A stretch of DNA of 32,000 nt, taken from Pseudomonas aeruginosa. GTDB taxonomy: Bacteria; Pseudomonadota; Gammaproteobacteria; Pseudomonadales; Pseudomonadaceae. A model generated the notes under the pieces. The model was not told the DNA's origin, searched no databases, and saw only the letters and a program-made list of their open reading frames with translations. The DNA lies in assembly GCF_001457615.1 (NCBI RefSeq), contig NZ_LN831024.1, positions 5,520,001 through 5,552,000 on the forward strand, in the 5' to 3' direction. A program made the translations under genes and the position numbers. This document shows, one piece after another, positions 1 to 7,367 of the stretch; the first letter of the stretch is position 1, and each line of letters begins with the position of its first letter.

Positions 1-41
1 GCAATCCGTAGTCTGCCGGTATCCCGCAGCAGGAACCGGAA

Positions 42-854
42 ATGCTCACCATCGGCCAACTGGCGCGAATCTTCGAGATCTCCACCAAGACGCTTCGCCA
101 CTACGATGCCATCGGCCTGTTCGTCCCCGCGCGCACCGGTAGCGACAACGGCTACCGCTACTACCAGCCGGAACAGATCGAGCAGCTCTCGCGCATACTC
201 GCGCTGCGCCGGCTGGACGTTCCGCTGGAAGCCATCGACCGCCTGAAACGCGATGGCGCGCTGGACGACCCGCAACGCCTGCGGCATTTCCTGCAACGAC
301 ACCAGCACACCCTGCGCGAAGAGATCAGCGCCCGCCAGCGCCTGCTGGCGGAACTCGACCGAACCCTGGCGACGCTCGCCCACTGGAGGATCCGCAACAT
401 GCATGCACGAATCGTCGAACGTCCCGCCTTCAGCGTGGTGGGCATGGAATACTTCGGCAGCGCCCCCGGCGACACCATCGGCCAGCTCTGGGAACGCTTC
501 ATCCCGCGCGAGCACGAGATCGCCGGCAAGCACGATCCCGAGGTCTCCTATGGCATCTGCGCGCAGCAGCCCAACGGCGAATTCCACTACGTCGCCGGCT
601 TCGAGGTGCAGGAGGGCTGGCCGGTGCCGGAGGGCATGGTGCGCTTCCAGGTGCCGGCGCAGAAGTACGCGGTGTTCACCCACAAGGGCACGGCGCCGCA
701 GATCGCCGAGAGCTTCCAGGCGATCTACAGCCACCTGCTCGCCGAACGCGGCCTGGAGCCCAAGGCGGGGGTCGACTTCGAATACTACGACCAGCGTTTC
801 CGCGGACCGCTGGATCCGAACTCGCAAGTCGACCTGTATATCCCCATCTACTGA
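42..854 (+). CDS. brlR: MerR-family transcriptional regulator with C-terminal GyrI-like effector-binding domain (BrlR)
   Basis: 270 aa ORF. The N-terminal MerR wHTH reads LTIGQLARIFEISTKTLRHYDAIGL..YRYY, followed by a coiled-coil linker and a GyrI-like C-terminal half. Sequence and neighbours match my recollection of PAO1 PA4878. Confidence 0.9.
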   Translation: MLTIGQLARIFEISTKTLRHYDAIGLFVPARTGSDNGYRYYQPEQIEQLSRILALRRLDVPLEAIDRLKRDGALDDPQRLRHFLQRHQHTLREEISARQRLLAELDRTLATLAHWRIRNMHARIVERPAFSVVGMEYFGSAPGDTIGQLWERFIPREHEIAGKHDPEVSYGICAQQPNGEFHYVAGFEVQEGWPVPEGMVRFQVPAQKYAVFTHKGTAPQIAESFQAIYSHLLAERGLEPKAGVDFEYYDQRFRGPLDPNSQVDLYIPIY

Positions 855-855
855 A

Positions 856-2925
856 TCAGCGCTTGCCGGCCGGCACCTTGGCTGGCAAGCGCATGCGCTG
901 CAGCAGCGCGGTGCACTGGTTGTCGTCGCTTTTGCTCGGCGCCACCAGCGCCAGCAGGCTGGCCGCCGGGCCCACCGCCACGCCGAGGGCGATCATTCCC
1001 GCGCCGCGCGCCACCAGCGGCCCGGCGTGGACCCCGGCGTCGGGCTTGGCGAAGGTGCCGCGCACGTACAGCGGCGAGCGCAGCGAGAAGATCCGCAGGC
1101 CCTTGCTGTGCGGGGTGACATCGAGGTCGAGCTTCTCGTTGGCGAAGTTCACCGTGCCGTCGACGTTGACCAGCGCGTTCTCGGTGTCGAAGACGAACAG
1201 CCGGCTGGTCATCAGGCCCTTCTGCAGGCCGAAGTCGGCGGCCGCGCAGTTGATCTTCACCTCGTCGTCGCCGAACAGCTTGGTCACCAGGTAGTTTCCG
1301 ACATTGAGGCCGGCGATTTCGGTCAGGCCTTTGCTGATCGCACCGTCGTTGATCAGCATCTTCAGTTCGCCATCGGCGCCACCGAGGATCTTCGCCACCG
1401 AATTGCCGCTGCCGCTGAGACTGGCGTCGCCGTTCAGCTCGCCGAAGCTGGTCTGCATCGGCGCGAAGCCGGGGAACAACTGTTTCAGCTTGAAGCCCCG
1501 CGCGCTCATCTTCACTCGGCTCTGCATCGGCTGCTTGCCGCCGTCGAGGCGAATGTCCGACTCCAGCTTGCCGCCGGCCACGCCGAAGCGCAGGGGCTCC
1601 AGGCGCAGCAGGCCGTCGTTGAGCACCAGATGGGTATAGAGGTCGCTGATCGGCAACTGGTCGCTGTGGACGATACGCTTGCCGGTGAATTCCACGTCGG
1701 CGTCCATGTCGCGCCAGCGCTCGGTACGGAATTCCTCCACCGGCAGCACCTTGTCGCCCGGCTGGCGGCTGGTCTGCCCGCGCTTCTGTTTTTCGGCATT
1801 GCTGTCGGCGCCGATCAGCGGGCCGAGGTCGGCGAAGCGCAGTTGCTCGGAGGTCAGCTTGCCGGACAGCTTCGGCCTAGGCTGGCGAGCGACGAAGGTC
1901 AGGCTGCCGTGCAGGTCGCTGGCGCCGACCTTGCCGTTGAAGTTCTCGTAGCGGAACAGTGCGCCGCCCTCCTCCTTGAGCCGCGCCAGCAGGTGTCCGT
2001 CGGTGGAGTAGGCCGGAGTGTCCGGCAGGGTGATGCCGGTCAGCGGATAGAGATTGGCCATGCTGGTCCCGGACAGCTTCAGGCGCAGGTCGAGGGCGCC
2101 GAGGTTGAGCGGGTCGGTCAGGGTGCCGACCACCGCGGCACGGGTGCTGCCGGCACTGACCTCGGCCTGTAGCGGGAAGGGCTTGCTCGCATCCTGCAAC
2201 GCCAGCATCCCGCCGACCTTGCCCGAGCCGGCCAGAGCCTGGCCCTTGTAGGTGCCCTTGACCTTCCAGCCGAACACATAGTCCTGGGCGTTCGCCGCAT
2301 CGCCCGTGGCCAGCGCCTTGCCGGCCAACTGACCGAACGGCACCGGCTTGCCGAGCGGGTCGACCAGCACTTCCAGACGGGTCTTCAAACGCTGGTCGTC
2401 GAGGCTGACGCTACCCTTGTCGAAACCGATCTCGCGGATGTCCAGTTGCCAGGCGGACGGCTCGTCGCTGTCGCTGGCAGGCAGGTCGAAATCCCAATTG
2501 GCGCGGCCGTCGGCCAGGCGCAGGAGCTCGGCGCGCGGCTGGGTCAGCTTGATCTGTGGAATGCGGATGGTCTGCCAGAGCAACGGCAACGGCGCGAGGC
2601 GGAATTCGATGCGTTCCAGGCTGGCGAACTCGCTCGCCTTGGTCTTGCCCGCCGTCCACTCCGGGTTGCCGAGGGTGATGTCCTCGGCGCTGAAGCGCGG
2701 CCAGGGGATCCAGGCGCGCCAGCCTTCCTCGCCCTCCTCGCGGCGCCAGGCCACGGCGAGGTTGCCGTTGATGGCGAACGGGCGGTTCAGCGCCGCCGAG
2801 ACCTTTTCGTTGAGGGTGGGCTTGATCAGGTTCCAGTCGAAGGTGGCGATGAACACCACCAACGCCGCCAGCAGCAGGACCAGGCTGGCGAGGCTCCAGG
2901 TCAGGATCTTTCGGCCGCGCGTCAT
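856..2925 (-). CDS. AsmA-family outer-membrane biogenesis / lipid-transport-like protein
   Basis: ORF 856-2931. I place the start at ATG 2925, preceded by AAGGAG 7 nt upstream (2931 is a TTG). There is an N-terminal TM anchor ILTWSLASLVLLLAALVVFIATF, then the AsmA-like FDWNLIKPTLNEKVSAALNRPFAINGNL motif and a long periplasmic beta-rich region. Confidence 0.85.
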   Translation of the reverse strand: MTRGRKILTWSLASLVLLLAALVVFIATFDWNLIKPTLNEKVSAALNRPFAINGNLAVAWRREEGEEGWRAWIPWPRFSAEDITLGNPEWTAGKTKASEFASLERIEFRLAPLPLLWQTIRIPQIKLTQPRAELLRLADGRANWDFDLPASDSDEPSAWQLDIREIGFDKGSVSLDDQRLKTRLEVLVDPLGKPVPFGQLAGKALATGDAANAQDYVFGWKVKGTYKGQALAGSGKVGGMLALQDASKPFPLQAEVSAGSTRAAVVGTLTDPLNLGALDLRLKLSGTSMANLYPLTGITLPDTPAYSTDGHLLARLKEEGGALFRYENFNGKVGASDLHGSLTFVARQPRPKLSGKLTSEQLRFADLGPLIGADSNAEKQKRGQTSRQPGDKVLPVEEFRTERWRDMDADVEFTGKRIVHSDQLPISDLYTHLVLNDGLLRLEPLRFGVAGGKLESDIRLDGGKQPMQSRVKMSARGFKLKQLFPGFAPMQTSFGELNGDASLSGSGNSVAKILGGADGELKMLINDGAISKGLTEIAGLNVGNYLVTKLFGDDEVKINCAAADFGLQKGLMTSRLFVFDTENALVNVDGTVNFANEKLDLDVTPHSKGLRIFSLRSPLYVRGTFAKPDAGVHAGPLVARGAGMIALGVAVGPAASLLALVAPSKSDDNQCTALLQRMRLPAKVPAGKR

Positions 2926-3162
2926 GCACAACTCCTTTTCGCCGCGTCGGTTGTCGGGCAGGCGCGGCAGCGCGCCTCGCTCAGCCCGTCAGTGTGCAGG
3001 CTGGCCCATGGACTCGCCAGCGCGAATACGCCGGCCCGTTCCGTTAGGACCGGCGAAACGCCGGCATTGCTCCCCGTCCCACGCATTTCAGGCAAAAGGC
3101 CAGTTCGGCGGCGGGTCGATAAAACTTTTTCGACCGCGTGGGACTCACACCTTAGGTAAGCA

Positions 3163-3193
3163 GAAAAAGCCGGCCGCAGAGCCGGCCCTTTTC
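3163..3193 (+). other. Terminator-like GC hairpin in the leader of the ferritin-like gene (GCCGGC-cgcaga-GCCGGC flanked by GAAAAA and CCTTTTC)
   Basis: Read directly: 6-bp GC stem 3169-3174/3181-3186 with an A-run upstream and a short T-run downstream, about 28 nt before the ATG at 3221. Function unknown. Confidence 0.35.
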
Positions 3194-3220
3194 ACCGGAT
3201 CAGCCTCAAGGAGAAAACCG

Positions 3221-3754
3221 ATGACCACCGTTCAACTGACGGACGTCCAGACCCTTCGCGACCGTGCCCGCAAGAACATCCAGGAAGGCGCGGTCACCGA
3301 AGGCTATTCGGCCGATCGCCAGACCGTCCTGCGCCTGCTCAACGAAGCGCTCGCCACCGAGCTGGTCTGCTTCCTGCGCTACAAGCGCCACTACTTCATG
3401 GCCACCGGCCTTAAGGCGAGCATCGCCGCCGCCGAGTTCCTCGAGCACGCCAACCAGGAAATGCAGCATGCCGACCAGTTGGCCGAGCGCATCATGCAAC
3501 TGGGCGGCGAGCCGGACTTCAATCCGCGCGGCCTGGAGGAGCGCTCCCATGCCGAATACGTCGAAGGCAAGACCCTGAAGGACATGGTCACCGAGAACCT
3601 GATCGCCGAGCGCATCGCCATCGACAGCTATCGCGAGATCATCACCTACCTCGGTAACGACGACCCCACCACCCGACGCATTTTCGAGGAAATCCTGGCC
3701 CAGGAAGAAGAACACGCGGACGACATGGCCGACATCCTCGACGACCTCGCCTGA
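3221..3754 (+). CDS. Ferritin-like / Dps-like (bacterioferritin family) protein
   Basis: Only the last 177 aa of track ORF 2348-3754 are real. The ATG at 3221 is preceded by AAGGAGAAAACCG. Four-helix-bundle di-iron ligand patterns are present (EFLEHANQEMQHADQLAERI, EEILAQEEEHADDMA). Matches my memory of PA4880, annotated as probable bacterioferritin. Confidence 0.88.
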   Translation: MTTVQLTDVQTLRDRARKNIQEGAVTEGYSADRQTVLRLLNEALATELVCFLRYKRHYFMATGLKASIAAAEFLEHANQEMQHADQLAERIMQLGGEPDFNPRGLEERSHAEYVEGKTLKDMVTENLIAERIAIDSYREIITYLGNDDPTTRRIFEEILAQEEEHADDMADILDDLA

Positions 3755-3778
3755 CTCCAGAGCAAGACCCGTCCGAGA

Positions 3779-3808
3779 GCCGGCGCCCGCAGCGCCGGCT
3801 TTTCTTTT
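3779..3808 (+). terminator. Rho-independent terminator after the ferritin-like gene
   Basis: GCCGGCGC-ccgca-GCGCCGGC stem followed by TTTTCTTTT. Confidence 0.8.
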
Positions 3809-4029
3809 CGCCTTATTTATCCAATTTATCGATTAAATAGAGAAAAGCTAACTATCCTTTAAGAAATCTTCGACATCACAAAAATAATCAACTAACTTAC
3901 TGATAAATAATAAGAAAATGCATAATCACCCATATCGATAGACACTATCATCGCACTTCGTTTTTAAATCGACTTATCCGAACTGAAAATGACTCCAACG
4001 CAATCGACAACCCACTCGGAGTCACCGTC

Positions 4030-4371
4030 ATGAAAGCTTCCCTGATCCTCGGCCTCGCCCTCGCCACCCTGACCGCCAACGCCGCCTTCGCCGCCGACGG
4101 CTCCAGCCGCACCATCGACCGGCTGCACCAGGACATGTCCAGCGTCGAACTGCGCATCGCCGACAACGGCAGCGAGCAGACCATCGACCGCCTGCACAAG
4201 GACATGACCAAAGCCGAAGCCCGCCTGGCCGACAACGGCAGCGAGCAGACCGTCGACCGCCTGCACAAGGACATGACCAAGGCCGAAGCCCGCCTGGCCG
4301 ACAACGGCAGCGAACAGACCGTGGACCGCCTGCATCGCAGCATGAGCCGTTTCGACCTGCGCACCGCCTGA
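4030..4371 (+). CDS. Small secreted protein composed entirely of four tandem 22-24 aa repeats (function unknown)
   Basis: 113 aa with GGAG 10-13 nt upstream. The Sec signal peptide MKASLILGLALATLTANAAFA|AD is 21 aa. The mature part is 4 copies of ADNGSEQT[IV]DRLH[KQR]DM[TS]KAEARL. GC3-rich native codon usage. Confidence 0.8.
   Translation: MKASLILGLALATLTANAAFAADGSSRTIDRLHQDMSSVELRIADNGSEQTIDRLHKDMTKAEARLADNGSEQTVDRLHKDMTKAEARLADNGSEQTVDRLHRSMSRFDLRTA
4093..4368 (+). repeat. In-frame tandem coding repeat: 66 + 69 + 69 + 72 bp units
   Basis: Units 4093-4158, 4159-4227, 4228-4296 and 4297-4368. Units 2 and 3 differ at only 2 of 69 nt. Confidence 0.9.
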
Positions 4372-4394
4372 CCGCTCGCTACGCCGCAAGGCGC

Positions 4395-4431
4395 GAGAAA
4401 AGCCCGGCTCGATGCCGGGCTTTCCTATTTT
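4395..4431. terminator. Bidirectional rho-independent terminator between convergent genes
   Basis: GAGAAAA-GCCCGGC-tcgat-GCCGGGC-TTTCCTATTTT. The A-run and T-run on either side allow termination on both strands. Confidence 0.8.
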
Positions 4432-4484
4432 CCCATCCCTGTCGCGCTGGGCGCATGGCCCGAGGCAAGCCGCACTCTCCCGCC

Positions 4485-5252
4485 TCAGACTCCGCTGAAC
4501 CAGTTGTAGCCCTGGTCCTCCCAGTAACCTCCGGGATTGCTGTTGCTGACGAAGATCTCCACCACGTGCTTGGCGTTCTTGAAGCCGAGCTTGGTGGGAA
4601 TCCGCAGGCGCAGCGGATAGCCGTTCTCCTCCGGCAGCGCCTGCCCGGACATCTCCAGCGCCAGCAGGGTCTGCGGATGCAGCGCGCTGGGCATGTCGAG
4701 GCTGGAGTAGTAGCGGTCGGCGCACTTGAAGCCAACGTACTTCGCCGAGGTGTCGGCGCCGACCAGCTCCAGGAAGGTGCGCAGCGGCACTCCGCTCCAC
4801 TGGCCGATCGCGCTCCAGCCCTCGATGCAGATCAGTTGCGTGACCTGGCTGGCCTGCGGCAGCCGGCGCAGTTGCTCCAGGCTCCAGGGGCGCTTGTCGC
4901 GGACCCGCCCGGAAACCTGCAGGCGGTATTCCGGCAGGTCGATCTCCGGCACGTTGTAGGCCGGGTAGAACGCGTTGAAGGGGAACGGCGAGGCCACCTG
5001 CGACGGATCGAAGGTCGGCGCCAGCCGCGTACGGCTGAACAGCCAGGCCTGGACCCGGTCGTTCCAGCGCGACATGGCCCAGAGTACCTTGTCGACCGAA
5101 TCGCCATCCTGTAGCCGGCACCCCGAGAGCATCGCCAGGGCGCCCAGGGACAGGCCGCCGCGCAACAGCAGGCGGCGTTGCAAATCGACCATCTGCCGCT
5201 CGCTGGACGGGTCGACCGCGATCTTCGCGCGCTTCTTCTCCGGCCCCTTCAT
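4485..5252 (-). CDS. Molybdopterin-dependent oxidoreductase of the sulfite-oxidase / YedY(MsrP)-like fold, Tat-exported, probable lipoprotein
   Basis: Track ORF 4485-5279 begins at a GTG. I prefer ATG 5252, which has GGAGGAGCGAAGG upstream and forms an ATGA overlap with the stop of the upstream gene. It carries the twin-arginine motif LQRRLLLRGG plus the lipobox LSGC. The body resembles oxidoreductase molybdopterin-binding domains (..LICIEGWSAIGQWSGVPLRTFL.., ..YPLRLRIPTKLGFKNAKHV..). Confidence 0.8.
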   Translation of the reverse strand: MKGPEKKRAKIAVDPSSERQMVDLQRRLLLRGGLSLGALAMLSGCRLQDGDSVDKVLWAMSRWNDRVQAWLFSRTRLAPTFDPSQVASPFPFNAFYPAYNVPEIDLPEYRLQVSGRVRDKRPWSLEQLRRLPQASQVTQLICIEGWSAIGQWSGVPLRTFLELVGADTSAKYVGFKCADRYYSSLDMPSALHPQTLLALEMSGQALPEENGYPLRLRIPTKLGFKNAKHVVEIFVSNSNPGGYWEDQGYNWFSGV

Positions 5253-5863
5253 CCTTCGCTCCTCCGTCCGCGCCGCCACTCGCGTCCGATGATCATCGGC
5301 AGCAGGGTGCGCGGCACCAACAGCACCAGCAGCAGGTGCACGACGACGAACCCGACGACCCCGGCCATGGCCAGGAAATGCACCCAGCGCGCACCCTGGA
5401 AGCCACCGAACAGCGCGGTCAGCCCGTGCAGTTGCACCGGTTTCCAGATCGCCAGCCCGGACAGCACCAGCAGCGCACCGAGCCCCAGGACCAGCCAGTA
5501 CAGCAGGCGCTGCACCGCGTTGTAGCGGCCCGGCTCATGGACCAGGCGCAGGCCGAGGGCGAGGCGCAGGTCGCGCCAGACGCCGGCCGCGCTCAAAGGC
5601 AGGAAGTCGCGACGAAAATGCCCGCTGGACAGTCCGTGGGCGAGGTAGCACAGGCCGTTGCCGAGCAGCAGCCACATGGCGGCGAGATGCCAGGCGATGG
5701 AACCGCCGAGCCAGCCGCCGAGGGTCGCCCAGGCGGGAAAACGGAAATCCAGCAGCGGCGAAGCGTTGTAGATGCCCCAGCCGCTGCCGATCAGGCAGGC
5801 CATGGCATAGGCATTGAGCCAGTGGCAGAGTCTCACCGGCCAGGCGTGCAACGCACGGTTCAT
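5249..5863 (-). CDS. Membrane b-type cytochrome (cytochrome b561 / Ni-hydrogenase-type cytochrome b family)
   Basis: Real part of track ORF 5249-6685. The ATG at 5863 (MNRALHAWPVRLCHWLN...) is preceded by GGAG. 204 aa with 4-5 predicted TM helices and conserved His residues on the helices. Confidence 0.8.
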   Translation of the reverse strand: MNRALHAWPVRLCHWLNAYAMACLIGSGWGIYNASPLLDFRFPAWATLGGWLGGSIAWHLAAMWLLLGNGLCYLAHGLSSGHFRRDFLPLSAAGVWRDLRLALGLRLVHEPGRYNAVQRLLYWLVLGLGALLVLSGLAIWKPVQLHGLTALFGGFQGARWVHFLAMAGVVGFVVVHLLLVLLVPRTLLPMIIGREWRRGRRSEG

Positions 5864-5886
5864 GGCTTTTCTCCAAGGAAACCCGG

Positions 5887-5909
5887 CCGGGACGGACGCG
5901 CCGTCCCGG
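5887..5909 (-). other. Intercistronic 9-bp GC stem-loop (CCGGGACGG-n5-CCGTCCCGG)
   Basis: Read directly between the stop at 5917 and the next start at 5863. Only a 3-nt T-run follows on the minus strand, so it is probably an attenuating or mRNA-stabilising element rather than a full terminator. Confidence 0.5.
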
Positions 5910-5916
5910 CGAAACC

Positions 5917-6540
5917 TCACATCGGCGGGGTCACGCCGTCCTTGCCGACCGAGATGGCCAGGGCGGTGAGGCTGCCGTCGGCGCCCTTCTGCGGGAACAG
6001 CACGACCTTGGCGCCACGCTTGAGCAGGCTGCGCTCGCCCGGCTCCAGGCTGACGATGGGCACGTCGTCCGGCACCACCACGGTCTTCTCGCCATCGCCG
6101 TATTTCACGGTCATGCGCCGGCCCTGGCTGACCACCAGGTTGCCGACCGTACCGTTGGTCATGGTCGAGGCGCTGCCATCGGCATTCTCCCAGGGCCGGT
6201 GGCCTTCGCCGCTGCCGCGCAGGCTGGGGGCGAAGACATGCACCTCGAGGGCCTTCAGGGTGCCGTCGGGCTGCGGCACGGCGGCGGTGCCGATGAAGCT
6301 GTCGGGCTGGATGTCCTCCGGCTTCGCCAGCGACACGGCGCGGATCGCGGTCTTGTCGGTGAGCCTGACCGTCAGTTGCTGGCCGTTGCGGGCCTTCAGT
6401 TGCAGGTGGTCGTCGGCGGCCTGCTGGATGGTGCCGCGCAGCGGCTGCAGCATGCCCGCAGGCGGTTGCGCGGCGAAGCTGGCGGCACTGGCCAGGAGCA
6501 GGCCGAAGAACAGCGCGGGGGAAGCCTTGAGTCGAAGCAT
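5917..6540 (-). CDS. Periplasmic beta-rich protein of unknown function, first gene of the oxidoreductase operon
   Basis: Start at ATG 6540 (MLRLKASPALFFGLLLASAASFAAQ is a signal peptide; GAGGA lies 8-12 nt upstream). 207 aa. I recognise no catalytic motif. Confidence 0.75.
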   Translation of the reverse strand: MLRLKASPALFFGLLLASAASFAAQPPAGMLQPLRGTIQQAADDHLQLKARNGQQLTVRLTDKTAIRAVSLAKPEDIQPDSFIGTAAVPQPDGTLKALEVHVFAPSLRGSGEGHRPWENADGSASTMTNGTVGNLVVSQGRRMTVKYGDGEKTVVVPDDVPIVSLEPGERSLLKRGAKVVLFPQKGADGSLTALAISVGKDGVTPPM

Positions 6541-6609
6541 CGGTCGATCCTCGGTGGGGTTGAGCCTCGATGGTCGCCCCGCCGGCGGTACCCGGAGATG
6601 ACTTTCGCA

Positions 6610-6623
6610 TGACAAAAATGTCA
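6610..6623. promoter_or_regulatory. CusR/CopR/HprR-type response-regulator box TGACAAAAATGTCA in a divergent promoter
   Basis: A perfect TGACA-N4-TGTCA inverted repeat. In context it reads cATGACAAAAATGTCAC, against the E. coli CusR box ATGACAAnnTTGTCAT. It sits about 24 nt upstream of a TAGAAT -10 candidate (6647-6652) for irlR and about 70 nt upstream of the divergent ATG at 6540. Confidence 0.65.
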
Positions 6624-6677
6624 CCGAATCCGCGCCGCGCGCTGGCTAGAATGGCGGCGAACGAGGGGGAACGAGAC

Positions 6678-7367
6678 ATGCGCATCCTGGTGATCGAAGA
6701 CGATACGAAGACCGGCGAGTACCTGAAGAAGGGCCTCGGCGAGTCGGGCTATGCGGTCGACTGGTCGCAGCACGGCGCCGACGGTCTCTACCTGGCGCTG
6801 GAGAACCGCTACGACCTGGTGGTCCTCGACGTGATGCTGCCCGGCCTGGACGGTTGGCAGATCATGGAAGTGCTGCGCAAGAAGCACGATGTGCCGGTGC
6901 TCTTCCTCACCGCCCGCGACCAGCTGCAAGACCGTATCCGCGGCCTCGAACTGGGTGCCGACGACTACCTGGTGAAACCCTTCTCCTTCACCGAGTTGCT
7001 GCTGCGTATCCGTACCCTGCTGCGCCGCGGCGTGGTCCGCGAGGCAGAGCAGGTGCAACTGGCCGATCTGCAGCTGGACGTGCTGCGGCGCAAGGTCAGC
7101 CGCCAGGGGCAGGTGATCGCCCTGACCAACAAGGAGTTCGCCCTCCTGCACCTGCTGATGCGCCGCGAGGGCGAGGTGCTGTCGCGCACCCTGATCGCCT
7201 CGGAGGTCTGGGACATGAACTTCGACAGCGACACCAACGTCGTCGACGTGGCGATCAAGCGCCTGCGCGCCAAGGTCGACAATCCCTTCCCGAACAAGCT
7301 GATCCATACCGTGCGCGGCATCGGTTACGTCTGCGAGGAGCGCCCGTGCCCGCCCGCCGCTCCCTGA
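6678..7367 (+). CDS. irlR: OmpR-family response regulator of the CopR/CusR/IrlR subgroup
   Basis: ATG at 6678 (MRILVIEDD). Receiver domain with [13 protein letters not shown]. Winged-helix output domain ..[25 protein letters not shown]. 229 aa. Confidence 0.9.
   Translation: MRILVIEDDTKTGEYLKKGLGESGYAVDWSQHGADGLYLALENRYDLVVLDVMLPGLDGWQIMEVLRKKHDVPVLFLTARDQLQDRIRGLELGADDYLVKPFSFTELLLRIRTLLRRGVVREAEQVQLADLQLDVLRRKVSRQGQVIALTNKEFALLHLLMRREGEVLSRTLIASEVWDMNFDSDTNVVDVAIKRLRAKVDNPFPNKLIHTVRGIGYVCEERPCPPAAP

Noticed and set aside
253-2172. 639-aa plus-strand ORF overlapping brlR and antisense to the AsmA-family gene
   Set aside because: Low-complexity R/A/G/P-rich translation, no RBS, no motif. 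The opposite strand encodes a well-formed AsmA-family protein.
3895-3935. Possible Fur or Zur box in the AT-rich island (GATAAATAATAAGAAAATG)
   Set aside because: Only about 10/19 matches to the Fur consensus and no 7-1-7 dyad. In 75% AT sequence such partial matches are expected by chance.
4093-4368. Tandem 66-72 bp repeats considered as a CRISPR-like or non-coding satellite array
   Set aside because: The units are contiguous with no spacers, in frame, preceded by an RBS and a signal peptide, and show synonymous-type differences. This is a coding repeat.
5864-6685. N-terminal 274 codons of track ORF 5249-6685 (478 aa)
   Set aside because: This part overlaps, out of frame, the signal-peptide protein gene at 5917-6540 and is R/G/P/A-rich. 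The cytochrome b starts at the internal ATG 5863, which has an SD.
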